IMG/VR virus record: IMGVR_UViG_3300025015_000065
Span: 1 to 39,530 of that record
Origin: a virus
Taxonomy: Duplodnaviria; Caudoviricetes
Strand: one strand, 5' to 3'
DNA: 39,530 bases
The notes below the pieces were generated by a model. The model ran no database searches. It saw only the letters and a list, made by a program, of their open reading frames with translations, and was not told the DNA's origin. The position numbers were made by a program, and so were the translations under genes. Positions 1 through 9,042 of this stretch are shown here, piece after piece; position 1 is the first letter of the stretch, and each line of letters opens with the position of its first letter.

Positions 1-226
1 GCAGCCGAATTCAGTTGAGGAGATGGCCAAGGTCTTTGTTTCTTGGGTCATTGTTTATGGGGGCTCTTCTATGGTTTGGTTCGTTGTTTCATCTTGCTAC
101 AAAAAATAGCGGTCCGGCATGGGCTAGGCTGGAGCTAGTGCATAAGTCCAGCCAAAGCCCTCGGCCCTGAGTAGCCTAAAGGCAAGTCCAAGCTTGTACA
201 TGGCTGGAGGCGAAAGGGGCCGGGGG

Positions 227-320
227 CGAGAGGAGGAAGACATGGGTTTAGTCGAGGAGGCGAGGAGAAGAGGTAAGCGACATGGATAGTTTGGCGCGTG
301 AAGCACGAGAGGAGGAAGAC
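227..320 (+). repeat. 15-bp direct repeat CGAGAGGAGGAAGAC (227-241 and 306-320), each copy directly followed by a start codon
   Basis: Read directly; followed by ATG at 242 and GTG at 321. Confidence 0.7.
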
Positions 321-590
321 GTGAGCGACTTCGAGAAGGTGGTGGAGATCGGAAGTAAAGCTATCTTTAATACGCCTCACAAAATGGCGGGAACGTTTCC
401 CTATATGGATACTGCGGACCAAGCACGTTCCTTTATTTGCGCCCTCCGCGCCGCTGGCTGGGCCGTGGTGCCGATGGAGGCGACGGAGAAGATGCTTATT
501 GCTGGCGGGGATAGGCAAGCATCCAGGACGTACTATCCATCGGACGTATGGTCCGCCATGCTCGCCGCCGGGGAGGTCCACGATGAATAG
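282..590 (+). CDS. hypothetical early phage protein (start may be GTG at 321)
   Basis: First ORF of a tightly packed + strand run; strong RBS (GAGGAGG) upstream of GTG 321; contains a phage-like AVVPxEATEKMxxAG motif. Confidence 0.65.
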   Translation: MDSLAREAREEEDVSDFEKVVEIGSKAIFNTPHKMAGTFPYMDTADQARSFICALRAAGWAVVPMEATEKMLIAGGDRQASRTYYPSDVWSAMLAAGEVHDE

Positions 591-765
591 CGGGCGCCAG
601 ATTGATATTGACGCGATGGCCGCTATTCTCTCCGCTCTACGGATTGTGGTTGATGCAATGGGCGCAGACGCCCTTGGGGGCATCCGTTCACGAAATGAAG
701 TTTACCGGAGCATCGCGTTTGCGGAAGGGATGCTCAGGAACGCCAGGGAGATCCGTGATGACTAA
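583..765 (+). CDS. hypothetical protein
   Basis: ATG 583 with GGAGG RBS, overlapping the end of the upstream ORF. Confidence 0.55.
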   Translation: MNSGRQIDIDAMAAILSALRIVVDAMGADALGGIRSRNEVYRSIAFAEGMLRNAREIRDD

Positions 766-818
766 GTACGAGCCCTATGACGGACAAGGGCCTGGGCCGA
801 GTTTTTGGAGGAGAGGAA

Positions 819-1016
819 ATGAATGACGATTATCTTTTCTGGTGGAAATGGTGGGCGGTAGCCGCTCCCTTGGCCTTATTTTTTGGGTGGATGGTGGGCG
901 GGACCATCGTAAAAGCGGAGGACGATAAAACACGGGCGGCGGTGGAAAGGATCCTTCAAGACCGGGTGGACCTGATGGAAGCCTGCGGACGGGTGCGGGG
1001 GAGGGGGAAAAAGTGA
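819..1016 (+). CDS. small membrane protein
   Basis: RBS GGAGGAG; hydrophobic segment WWAVAAPLALFFGWMVGG; stop overlaps next start (GTGA). Confidence 0.6.
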   Translation: MNDDYLFWWKWWAVAAPLALFFGWMVGGTIVKAEDDKTRAAVERILQDRVDLMEACGRVRGRGKK

Positions 1017-1300
1017 GCGGACGGCCCGGCATCGTCACGGACGGCCCAGGCCATGGATGGATGAGGGTGCATGAGGACACGTACCTAAAGACGGTGACGG
1101 TGAAAATGAAGGGGTCGAAAAGGGTGATGGTTTTGTCCTGGGCGATAATCCGCGACGCCGGAGATAAAGAAATAGGGCGCACGGAGAGCGAGATGTTGGA
1201 CTTCCAGAAGGAGGAGGTCTTGGAGATAACGTTCAAGTTGATATTTCCGATTTGGATTAAGGCCGGGGCCCCGTTCCGGGTGGAATTGAGGAGAAAATAG
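1013..1300 (+). CDS. hypothetical protein
   Basis: Translationally coupled to both neighbours. Confidence 0.6.
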   Translation: MSGRPGIVTDGPGHGWMRVHEDTYLKTVTVKMKGSKRVMVLSWAIIRDAGDKEIGRTESEMLDFQKEEVLEITFKLIFPIWIKAGAPFRVELRRK

Positions 1301-1581
1301 TGGAGGTGATAGGGACAGCGCTGGTCATGATGCCGGTGATGTTTATGGTGTCTGGGGGAGGAATGGTGAGGTGCGCGAGACGGGGCGACGTGACCGGGGT
1401 GATCATAATGGTCCCGTTCCTGGGAGCCAGCGTCTGCGGTTATCTAGCGTGTGGGATTGAGGCTCTATCGAGGGACCTGACGTGGGGGGCCATACTGGCC
1501 GTGGTCCCGGGGGCGGCTTTGGTGGGATTCAAGTGGTTGGCGGATATGGCCAGGGGAGAGGAAGATGGCGATCAAATATAG
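1300..1581 (+). CDS. small multi-pass membrane protein
   Basis: Three hydrophobic stretches; RBS GAGGAG; coupled start. Confidence 0.6.
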   Translation: MEVIGTALVMMPVMFMVSGGGMVRCARRGDVTGVIIMVPFLGASVCGYLACGIEALSRDLTWGAILAVVPGAALVGFKWLADMARGEEDGDQI

Positions 1582-1807
1582 GCTCCCCGCTACTAGGGAA
1601 GAGGCGGTATCGAGTGGATGGGCAATGTTCTATGATGGTGTGGAGTGCCAGTCCGGGCACGTGGCCCCAAAGTATGCGATAGACGGGGTATGTTCAAGGT
1701 GCCGGGATGAACAGATGACGGGGAGCGAGGAAGAGGTTAGGCGGGCCTTACACAGCCGCCGCATTAAGATTTCTCGCATTAGGCGCAGGGACAAGGAGGG
1801 GAAATGA
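1565..1807 (+). CDS. small Cys/His (putative zinc-binding) phage protein
   Basis: C-x2-GH...C-x2-C motif (ECQSGHVAPKYAIDGVCSRC) and basic C-terminus. Confidence 0.65.
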   Translation: MAIKYRLPATREEAVSSGWAMFYDGVECQSGHVAPKYAIDGVCSRCRDEQMTGSEEEVRRALHSRRIKISRIRRRDKEGK

Positions 1808-2091
1808 TTAATTGTTATACGCGGGGGACGTACATGGCGGAAGTGGCGGGGTTGATGGCAGTGCAGCAGATGGGGAGAGAAAAAGTCCGGAGCGACGAGG
1901 AGTTGGCGTCGGATTTATTTACGGCAGTCATGGCGGCGGAAGCCTTGGCTGTGGCGTTGGAGAAGCGCGGCATGGCTCCGTGGATTAAGGGGCCGGTGGC
2001 GGAGCGCGGTGGGAACGTCCAGATGGATGCGGGGAAGAGACCTTTCGAAATGGGCCCGCCCTCGCCGAAACGGACTTACGCTGAGGGATAG
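1804..2091 (+). CDS. hypothetical protein
   Basis: ATGA overlap with upstream stop; RBS AAGGAGG. Confidence 0.6.
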   Translation: MINCYTRGTYMAEVAGLMAVQQMGREKVRSDEELASDLFTAVMAAEALAVALEKRGMAPWIKGPVAERGGNVQMDAGKRPFEMGPPSPKRTYAEG

Positions 2092-2094
2092 AAT

Positions 2095-2550
2095 ATGAAC
2101 CGCTCGACGGGCATGAGGGAGACGTGTAACAATTGTCACAAGGTGGTCCCGGAACGATGCGATGGCTTGATTTGGTATATAAAGGAGTGGGGGCCGGACC
2201 GTCCCATATGCGCCGGGACTGATGGGGGGAGCATACACGGGAGTCGCTTTCATTTTGTAATGGGGCATGGCGCATCTTGGTACACGCCGTTGCTTAGCAG
2301 AGAGGAGTGTGAGGAGGCAAAAAAGCGAGAGTGGGTGGCCCGGTGTGAAAGATGTGGGGCGGACCATGACTCCCGCACGTCGAAATGGGTACCGAAGGGC
2401 GGGAACGAGTGGGAACGAGTGTGCCTGGAGTGTTATAAGAAATTAAAGGAAATACGTGAATCGGTTGAAAAAATGTGCGAACCGCTAGGGGGGCCATTGA
2501 ATGAATCGCTCCATGGAGACGGGGGTGGGCCGCGAGGAAATCTTGTCTAA
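2095..2550 (+). CDS. Cys-rich putative zinc-finger protein
   Basis: CNNC, CERC and CLEC motifs. Confidence 0.6.
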   Translation: MNRSTGMRETCNNCHKVVPERCDGLIWYIKEWGPDRPICAGTDGGSIHGSRFHFVMGHGASWYTPLLSREECEEAKKREWVARCERCGADHDSRTSKWVPKGGNEWERVCLECYKKLKEIRESVEKMCEPLGGPLNESLHGDGGGPRGNLV

Positions 2551-2812
2551 GGCTGAGGCGGCCGTTAGGAATTTAAGGGAGAAGATTCTCAAGGAAGCCC
2601 CGCACCTCTTGGTGGTGGAAAAAGAGAGGTTACACTATTGGGTCATGGCGTCGGGAGGAAAGGCGTTCGTGCTGGAGTTTTGGCCGGTGTCACGGAGGTA
2701 TAAGACCAGGACCGAGCCCACGGTGTTGAGGTACAGGATGTGGAATGATTTGTTCAAGACGGCCTTGGCGGTGGCTAGAGGCTTGCCGAAGCGGGGAGGG
2801 GAGCAGAGATGA
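2501..2812 (+). CDS. hypothetical protein
   Basis: Fits the operon; stop overlaps next ATG. Confidence 0.55.
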   Translation: MNRSMETGVGREEILSKAEAAVRNLREKILKEAPHLLVVEKERLHYWVMASGGKAFVLEFWPVSRRYKTRTEPTVLRYRMWNDLFKTALAVARGLPKRGGEQR

Positions 2813-3063
2813 AGCGAACAGTAAAATTTTCTTCCTTAGAGTGCGGGGCGCTGTTCGTGTTAAAATCAAACGTGCCGGGGTGCGTGGCTCACTTATATAA
2901 AAAGGCGGATTTTGAAAATGCATATTTATTGGGGTACCTGGACCCCCATACCCTGGAACCGGTCCGTGAAGTAACCGGGCTGGTGGAGGGGGTGTCGCAT
3001 GTGGACCCGAAAAAGGATGTTATAGTGGGCGGAGGATGGGAGCAGGCAGACGGAGAGGTTTAA
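2809..3063 (+). CDS. hypothetical protein
   Basis: Coupled at both ends (ATGA and TAATG). Confidence 0.6.
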   Translation: MKRTVKFSSLECGALFVLKSNVPGCVAHLYKKADFENAYLLGYLDPHTLEPVREVTGLVEGVSHVDPKKDVIVGGGWEQADGEV

Positions 3064-5282
3064 TGCCTTCAAATAAGGAAATTTTAGAACAGGTTGACCG
3101 CGTAATTCAAAAAGGATGGTACCCGGTCCCTGTAACTTTTAAGGGAAAACTCCCGGTGGGGGATGATTGGAATAAGCCGGGGGACCCGGAAGAGGTTAGA
3201 AAGAGGTGGGAAAGGGACAATCTTAACCTTGGAATATTGCTGGGCTCCCCCTCCGGCGGGCTGGTGGACGTGGACCTCGACAGCCCCGAGGCGGCGAGAC
3301 TGGCCCCCAGATTCATGCCACCGACCAAGGGAGTGTTTGGAAGGGAAGGAAATCCCCGTTCCCACTATACATACATCACCCTTCCTTTCGCCCAGACCAG
3401 GAAATTTTCTGATCCCGTCTCGAAAAAGAGCGGCAAGCGCGCCATGCTGCTGGAATTAAGGTCCGATGGACACCAGACAGTGTTTCCTCCGTCGGTCCAT
3501 GAAACGGGAGAAAGCATAAGGTTTGAGGACCACGGAGATGAGAACGGGCTGGATGTTCCGGAAATAGAAGTGGATGTACTATACGCCGCGGTATCGAAAT
3601 TGGCTGCCGCGGCGCTGATAGGGAGATACTGGTCAGCGGGAGCGAGGCACGAATCCGCCATGGCTCTGGCCGGGATGCTTTGCCGGATAAAATGGACGGA
3701 GGAGCAGATATTATTTTTTATTGAGGCGGTATGTGACGTTTCGGGAGATGAGGAGAAGGGGGACCGGCTGAGGGCAGTGAAAGACACTCTCCGGCGGGCA
3801 GCTAGGGGAATGAAATTCACTGGGGCGGCGAAGCTGGCAGAGTATCTTCCGGAAGAGGTGGTCCTGCAGGTCAAATCCTTCCTCGGAACGGCTGAGGAGG
3901 ACCATATATCTGAACTTAATGAGGAGTTTGCGGTAGTATTGATAGGAAATAAAGCTGCCGTGTTGAAAAGGGCGTTTGACCCTACTTATGACCGGGAAAG
4001 GTATGACTTCCTTTCCGTGGCGGATTTCAAGACGTGGATGTGCAATAAATTTGTACAAATACCCGGTAAGAAGGAAGGAGAAGTAAAATGGGTGCCGGTA
4101 GCGGAAGCGTGGCTAACGTCGCGTAACAGAACGACGTATGATCAAGTGATTTTCTCCCCGGACAGAGACGTTTCTGGGGCGTTAAATTTATGGCAGGGAT
4201 TCAGTACTAAGCCTCGAGAGGGGGATTGCACTAAATTTCTGCATCACGTTAAAGAGAACGTGTGTGGGGGCGTTGAAGAGCATTATGAGTGGGTATTGTC
4301 TTTTATAGCAGATTTGTTTCAAAATCCGGGGCGGAGACCGGGTGTCGCATTGGTGCTGAGAGGAAAGCGCGGGACCGGAAAGGGGGTGTTCGCAAACCAA
4401 ATTGGAAAGATGTGCCAGCCGCATTATATACAAGTGTCCCATCCCCGGCACCTGACGGGCAATTTTAACTCCCATCTTAGAGACGCTCTGCTGGTGTTCG
4501 CGGACGAGGCGTTTTACGCGGGAGACAAGGCCCACGCGGGCGTGTTAAAGGCAATGATAACGGAGCCCGACATAAACGTGGAGATGAAGGGAAAAGATGT
4601 TTTCTCCGTATCAAATTACATACGGTTGATAATCGCGAGCAACGAGGCGTGGGTCATACCGGCGGGCATGGATGAACGGCGGTTTGCTGTGTTTGACGTG
4701 CAAGAAAAATTCATGCAAAACCATGATTATTTTGGGGCCATTCTGGAGGAAATGGACGGCGGCGGCAGGGAGGCGCTTATGGACTTATTGTTAAAACGCG
4801 ACTTGTCGGAGGTAAACTTAAGAAAGATACCGGATACGGCTGCGCTCGTGGAGCAGAAGATAACGACGGCCTCTCCGGTAGAACAATGGTACCTAGCGAG
4901 GTTAATGGAAGGGAACATAGTCCCTAGAGCTCAATCCTGGGGCCGCATACCCGAGGATGAGCCGTGGCCAGAGTGGGTGGCCAAGGACGCAGTTTACGAA
5001 GATTATAGGGGGGTGGCCCAGGACGCGGGAGTGTTCCGTAGAGGGCAGGTGGTCCAATTTTGGATGGAGTTAGCGAAAATAATGCCGCCTGGGAGGGTAA
5101 AGGAACAGGCGAGGATGGTGTATGCCGTTCTTGGGAAGGGGGAGGATGCCGCCCCTGTCAAGATAAGAAAAGTATTTATAAAGTTGTTGCCGCTGGAGGC
5201 GTGTAGAGATAAATTCGCGGAACTTATGCGGACGGAAATTGAATGGCCGGAAGTTCAACCGGAAGGAGAGGAGAAATACTGA
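3063..5282 (+). CDS. bifunctional DNA primase-polymerase (AEP Prim-Pol) fused to a primase C-terminal domain and a P-loop helicase/ATPase
   Basis: NLGILLG...DVDLD (AEP motif I), SHYTY, ELRSDGHQTVFPPSVH; RHESAMALAG (PriCT-like); Walker A GKRGTGKG, Walker B LLVFADE, IIASN...DERRF. Start placed at ATG 3063 (TAATG coupling). Confidence 0.88.
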   Translation: MPSNKEILEQVDRVIQKGWYPVPVTFKGKLPVGDDWNKPGDPEEVRKRWERDNLNLGILLGSPSGGLVDVDLDSPEAARLAPRFMPPTKGVFGREGNPRSHYTYITLPFAQTRKFSDPVSKKSGKRAMLLELRSDGHQTVFPPSVHETGESIRFEDHGDENGLDVPEIEVDVLYAAVSKLAAAALIGRYWSAGARHESAMALAGMLCRIKWTEEQILFFIEAVCDVSGDEEKGDRLRAVKDTLRRAARGMKFTGAAKLAEYLPEEVVLQVKSFLGTAEEDHISELNEEFAVVLIGNKAAVLKRAFDPTYDRERYDFLSVADFKTWMCNKFVQIPGKKEGEVKWVPVAEAWLTSRNRTTYDQVIFSPDRDVSGALNLWQGFSTKPREGDCTKFLHHVKENVCGGVEEHYEWVLSFIADLFQNPGRRPGVALVLRGKRGTGKGVFANQIGKMCQPHYIQVSHPRHLTGNFNSHLRDALLVFADEAFYAGDKAHAGVLKAMITEPDINVEMKGKDVFSVSNYIRLIIASNEAWVIPAGMDERRFAVFDVQEKFMQNHDYFGAILEEMDGGGREALMDLLLKRDLSEVNLRKIPDTAALVEQKITTASPVEQWYLARLMEGNIVPRAQSWGRIPEDEPWPEWVAKDAVYEDYRGVAQDAGVFRRGQVVQFWMELAKIMPPGRVKEQARMVYAVLGKGEDAAPVKIRKVFIKLLPLEACRDKFAELMRTEIEWPEVQPEGEEKY

Positions 5283-5503
5283 TGGGGATAAAATGGACGA
5301 GGCTGGACGGGGCTGGCAGAAGTTTAAGAAAGCCACGTAGGTATAAGAAGGCAACGTTCCCAAAGGAGATGGATATGTATTTTATTTATGATGACGAGAC
5401 CGGTATAGACCCCAATGGAACGAACATGAAAGGAGCTATGGAGGGGATACAAAAATTTAGGGGTGGACAGGTCGTGATGGCCAAATATAGGCTGGTCAAG
5501 TGA
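5282..5503 (+). CDS. hypothetical protein
   Basis: TGATG coupling to the primase stop. Confidence 0.55.
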   Translation: MGIKWTRLDGAGRSLRKPRRYKKATFPKEMDMYFIYDDETGIDPNGTNMKGAMEGIQKFRGGQVVMAKYRLVK

Positions 5504-5511
5504 AGGCGTCC

Positions 5512-5541
5512 TTGACGTGGTGGCGCGGCCCGTGATAAGAT
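5512..5541 (+). promoter_or_regulatory. putative sigma70 promoter P1: TTGACG-N18-TAAGAT with extended -10 TG
   Basis: Intergenic; same architecture as the promoters at 8852 and 9404. Confidence 0.6.
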
Positions 5542-5788
5542 GTCAGTAGAGGATGAGACCATGATGCGGCGGTGGGTGGTGCGGATAGCTTACAAGAGGA
5601 CGTGGGGTGGAAGAGCATGCAAGACGAGGGAGATGGTGGGAGAGGTGTTAGTAGAAGGAAAGTACACTGAGGAACAGGCAAAGCTTATGGTGTTGGGTAT
5701 TGCTAGTGCACAGGGGCGTAAGGGATGCCGGGTGATCGATCTTGAAATGGAGAAAAGAGAATGGCGAAACGGGCTAAGAAGAACGTAG
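5540..5788 (+). CDS. hypothetical protein (start may be ATG 5561)
   Basis: ORF downstream of putative promoter P1. Confidence 0.55.
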   Translation: MSVEDETMMRRWVVRIAYKRTWGGRACKTREMVGEVLVEGKYTEEQAKLMVLGIASAQGRKGCRVIDLEMEKREWRNGLRRT

Positions 5789-6393
5789 CGGACGAACAGT
5801 CTCCAGCGGAAAAGGAAATTGAGGACCGGAAGGAGCGGGCGGGGAGAGACGTTTTGTTGCGGGGAGAGATAGTGGCTGAAATGAATACGATGCAGCCTGG
5901 GTACGTGTGCAAGGATAACGGAAACTCTGCTACCGTGATTACGTTCGTTAACGCGGTAGGGTGGCAGAGAGAGGAGTGGCGTAAACAGGGAATGGTGTGG
6001 AGCAATAGCGATGGCCGAATCCGAAGAAGCTCTCTATCCGTTCTTGACCCGGGGAGGATGGACCGTTTGGAGGAGGAGGCAGATAAGAACGCAGGAAAGG
6101 AGGGGGCTGTTAGGAAAGCCTCATCCAGGGCCGTGGGTGTAAGCAAACCGGCTAGAACGAAGGTTAAGAATGAGGATGGCTTAGCAGAGGCCATGGACGG
6201 GGCGACCAGGACGGGCGGGGCCCTGGATTTAGAGAAGTTGTCGAAGGTGGCTAAAGAAAACGGTATAGACTTGGCCGCAAGGTGGGGGCAATTAAACAAT
6301 GGACAGAAGTCCATGAATTTAAGGAACGCTCTCCGGGGAAAAATGAAGAAGGGGGAAAAGGTGAGGGTCGGGGGGAAGGAGGTCTCGGCATGA
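5761..6393 (+). CDS. basic hypothetical protein; C-terminal domain paralogous to 9043-9387
   Basis: LDLEKLSKVAKENGID...NNGQKSMNLRNALRGK...GEKVRVG aligns by eye with IDPKKLAQVAKDNNVD...NLGMQRMNLGNILRGK...GEKIVVG. Confidence 0.75.
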   Translation: MAKRAKKNVADEQSPAEKEIEDRKERAGRDVLLRGEIVAEMNTMQPGYVCKDNGNSATVITFVNAVGWQREEWRKQGMVWSNSDGRIRRSSLSVLDPGRMDRLEEEADKNAGKEGAVRKASSRAVGVSKPARTKVKNEDGLAEAMDGATRTGGALDLEKLSKVAKENGIDLAARWGQLNNGQKSMNLRNALRGKMKKGEKVRVGGKEVSA

Positions 6394-7889
6394 TTTTCGT
6401 GCCTAGTGAGCATCAAAAAGCGGTTTTCAAGTTTGTGGAATCTGGTAATGGGTCGGCGGTCGTGAAGGCTGTGGCCGGGAGCGGGAAGACCACTACCGTG
6501 GTGCAGTCCCTTAAGGGTGTGCCGGTGGATAAGAAGGCGCAAATAATCGCATTTAATAAGAACATAGCCCAGGAACTGCAGCGGAGGGTTCCTCCCCACA
6601 TATACGCTTCCACGTTCCATTCCGTGGGGTATAGGGCCATTGGAAATAAGTTCAAGAATGGAGGAACCGGGATAAAGGTGGAGGGGGACAAAGTACGCTC
6701 CTTATTTAAGGCGTCAACCTCCAACGAGGATTTCAAGTCCTATGCAGGATTCGTACCAAGTTTGGTGTCTTTGGCCAAGAACTATGGCTTGGGAACCCCG
6801 GATGGTCCATCGGCAAAGGAACACGAGACGTGGGGGGAATTAGTTGATCATTTTGATCTCTCCACGTCCGGGTATAGGGGGTATGAAAGCGAGGAGGAGG
6901 GCATACGAATGGCTATGGGCCTCCTCGTACATTCAAATAAGAGATCGGAAAGGGGGGAGATTGATTTTGATGATATGATATATCTCCCATCCTTATGGGA
7001 CCTGAACATGTATTGGAATGACTTCGTGTTCGTGGATGAGGCCCAGGACACGAACCCCATGCGGAGGAACATCATACGGAAGGTGTTGGGACGGAATGGA
7101 AGGTTAATCGCTGTCGGAGACCCCAGACAAGCGATTTATGGATTTCAGGGGGCGTCCCATGACTCCATTAATCAAATAATGCGGCAATTCAATTGCCGGG
7201 AGCTGCCCCTTACGGTGTCCTTCCGTTGCCCCCAGGCCGTGGTACGGCTGGCTCAGACGTTGGTGCCGTATATTGAGGCCCATAAGGACGCCCCGGAGGG
7301 AGAAGTATTGAGGCCAGACGAGTGGAGGAGAAAGGATTACGCCCCCACGGACGCGATACTCTGTAGGTTAAACGCTCCCTTGATGAAGGAGGCCATGAGG
7401 TTAATGGCCGAGGGCATCGGGTGTCAAATCTTGGGGGCGGACATCGGGAAGGGAATGGTGGACCTGATAAATAAAATGCGAGCCTCTAATCTAACGGAAC
7501 TGGAAGTAAGATTACATTCATGGTCAAGGAGTGAGTATGATAGGCTCATCATGAGGGACAAGAAAGCCAAGGCTCAACGAATCTTAGATAAGGTAGAGGC
7601 CATAGGCTCCGTCGTGGAGGGTTTAGAGGCCGGTGAGCATACGGTGGAAGGCGTAATGAATAGAATAAAACGTATGTTCACGGACAATGCGCAAAAGGGA
7701 TTATTGACCTTATCCACGGTCCACAAGGCCAAGGGTAGAGAATGGAAGAGGGTGTTTATCCTAAAACCGGAACTCATGCCGTTCGGCAAGGGTTTGAAGG
7801 AATGGCAATTGGAGCAGGAGTTTAATTTAATGTACGTCGCGTACACCAGGGCCATGGAAACGTTGGTATTCTTACCGAGGGAAGAATGA
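6390..7889 (+). CDS. superfamily 1 (UvrD/Rep-like) DNA helicase
   Basis: AVAGSGKT, STFHS, VDEAQD, VGDPRQAIYGF, LTVSFRCP, LSTVHKAKGREW, MYVAYTRA; start ATG 6390 (ATGA overlap). Confidence 0.93.
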   Translation: MIFVPSEHQKAVFKFVESGNGSAVVKAVAGSGKTTTVVQSLKGVPVDKKAQIIAFNKNIAQELQRRVPPHIYASTFHSVGYRAIGNKFKNGGTGIKVEGDKVRSLFKASTSNEDFKSYAGFVPSLVSLAKNYGLGTPDGPSAKEHETWGELVDHFDLSTSGYRGYESEEEGIRMAMGLLVHSNKRSERGEIDFDDMIYLPSLWDLNMYWNDFVFVDEAQDTNPMRRNIIRKVLGRNGRLIAVGDPRQAIYGFQGASHDSINQIMRQFNCRELPLTVSFRCPQAVVRLAQTLVPYIEAHKDAPEGEVLRPDEWRRKDYAPTDAILCRLNAPLMKEAMRLMAEGIGCQILGADIGKGMVDLINKMRASNLTELEVRLHSWSRSEYDRLIMRDKKAKAQRILDKVEAIGSVVEGLEAGEHTVEGVMNRIKRMFTDNAQKGLLTLSTVHKAKGREWKRVFILKPELMPFGKGLKEWQLEQEFNLMYVAYTRAMETLVFLPREE

Positions 7890-8101
7890 TGGAAGGCGAG
7901 GAAATATTGAAGGTGCTTCAACACGTAAGGCGGTCTCTATGTTCCGAACCCGAGGAGGGCCGCCCCGCGTTTGGAGAAATGTTTCACTGTAATCAGGTCT
8001 CTGAGCGGTCTTTCGATTTGGAAAGTGTCCAAACCGGTAAACATTACATCATCAGCGTAAGAAATAGGGGGGCGGAAAGATCGAATGGGAAGGGGGGCTA
8101 A
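7886..8101 (+). CDS. hypothetical protein
   Basis: ATGA coupling to the helicase. Confidence 0.55.
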   Translation: MMEGEEILKVLQHVRRSLCSEPEEGRPAFGEMFHCNQVSERSFDLESVQTGKHYIISVRNRGAERSNGKGG

Positions 8102-8459
8102 TAAGAAATATAAAGGAGGTAGGGCAAATCGTAAGGCGGTACGAGAGAAACTTTGGAAGCATGGACATAGAAATTGCTTCCACTGTGGGAGGCAATTGGT
8201 GTTAGAGGTAGGGGAGGAAAACACCTTGACGGCAGACCATTTGGTGCCGTTGTCTACCTCAGGAACCAACCTTTATATCAATTTCGTGTCCGCGTGTGCA
8301 AAGTGTAATAACGATAGAATGTCAAGCATGACCGAAAAGGTTTTAAAAGAAATAGAGAAAAGGGACCTGTGGAGTAGAATATCGAGGCATAAATTACGGC
8401 TAGAAAGGAAAAGGAGGGAAGAGCGTGGTGGAGGAGAAGCGCAGAAATCTGCCCAATAA
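8085..8459 (+). CDS. HNH endonuclease
   Basis: CFHCG...TADHLVP...N...[10 protein letters not shown] (zinc-binding HNH). Confidence 0.85.
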   Translation: MGRGANKKYKGGRANRKAVREKLWKHGHRNCFHCGRQLVLEVGEENTLTADHLVPLSTSGTNLYINFVSACAKCNNDRMSSMTEKVLKEIEKRDLWSRISRHKLRLERKRREERGGGEAQKSAQ

Positions 8460-8847
8460 GAGAAAAGGATACATACAGAAGGCCGTAATAGGGGGGCATA
8501 CCCTCTACATACAAACCGGAGAGTATGAGGACGGCACCCTTGGAGAGATATTTATTACCACTTCTAAACAAGGGGCTACGTTTAGAGGGATAATGGCCAG
8601 CTTTGCCATGGCCATATCGGTAGGATTACAACACGGAGTGCCGTTGGAAACCTTTGCAAAGTTGTTTGTAAACACTAGATTTGAACCCAATGGGCCAGTG
8701 GACGGCAACGACAAAATAAAAATGTCCACTTCCATTGTGGACTACATCTTTAGGGAATTGTCGGCCACTTATCTTGGGAAGAAAACCTTATCTACACTGA
8801 CGGAGGAAGACATTCGTGGTGACGCCCTTGGGGGCCCCGAAGAATAG
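8425..8847 (+). CDS. stand-alone TSCPD / C-terminal domain of class II (B12-dependent) ribonucleotide reductase
   Basis: [20 protein letters not shown]...[14 protein letters not shown]...[11 protein letters not shown]...TRFEPxG...[11 protein letters not shown], typical of the NrdJ C-terminus. Confidence 0.85.
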   Translation: MVEEKRRNLPNKRKGYIQKAVIGGHTLYIQTGEYEDGTLGEIFITTSKQGATFRGIMASFAMAISVGLQHGVPLETFAKLFVNTRFEPNGPVDGNDKIKMSTSIVDYIFRELSATYLGKKTLSTLTEEDIRGDALGGPEE

Positions 8848-8851
8848 CCTC

Positions 8852-8881
8852 TTGACGGGATGAGTCGGGCTATGATATACT
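8852..8881 (+). promoter_or_regulatory. putative sigma70 promoter P2: TTGACG-N18-TATACT with extended -10 TG
   Basis: Near-consensus boxes just after the 8847 stop. Confidence 0.7.
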
Positions 8882-8954
8882 GCAGAGCGTAAGGTGGGGG
8901 GAGGCCCGCCGCCTTTGAGAGGAAGCACCGAGTAGAGGAAATGTAACAAACATC

Positions 8955-9000
8955 CGAGACAAAGATGGACCGAAAATGGGTTCGATCTATCTTTGTCTCG
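8955..9000. repeat. 20-bp inverted repeat (18/20 complementary, 6-nt loop)
   Basis: CGAGACAAAGATGGACCGAA-aatggg-TTCGATCTATCTTTGTCTCG. Confidence 0.85.
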
Positions 9001-9042
9001 ACAAGGGCACCGGTGAAGAACCGGGCCGAAAAGGAGAAAGCG

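Noticed and set aside
23-109. Small hydrophobic ORF at the left edge
   Set aside because: Two overlapping open frames at the window edge make the reading frame ambiguous
8085-8459. Intron-encoded homing endonuclease splitting an RNR gene
   Set aside because: No upstream RNR exon or group I intron core was recognised; the HNH appears free-standing
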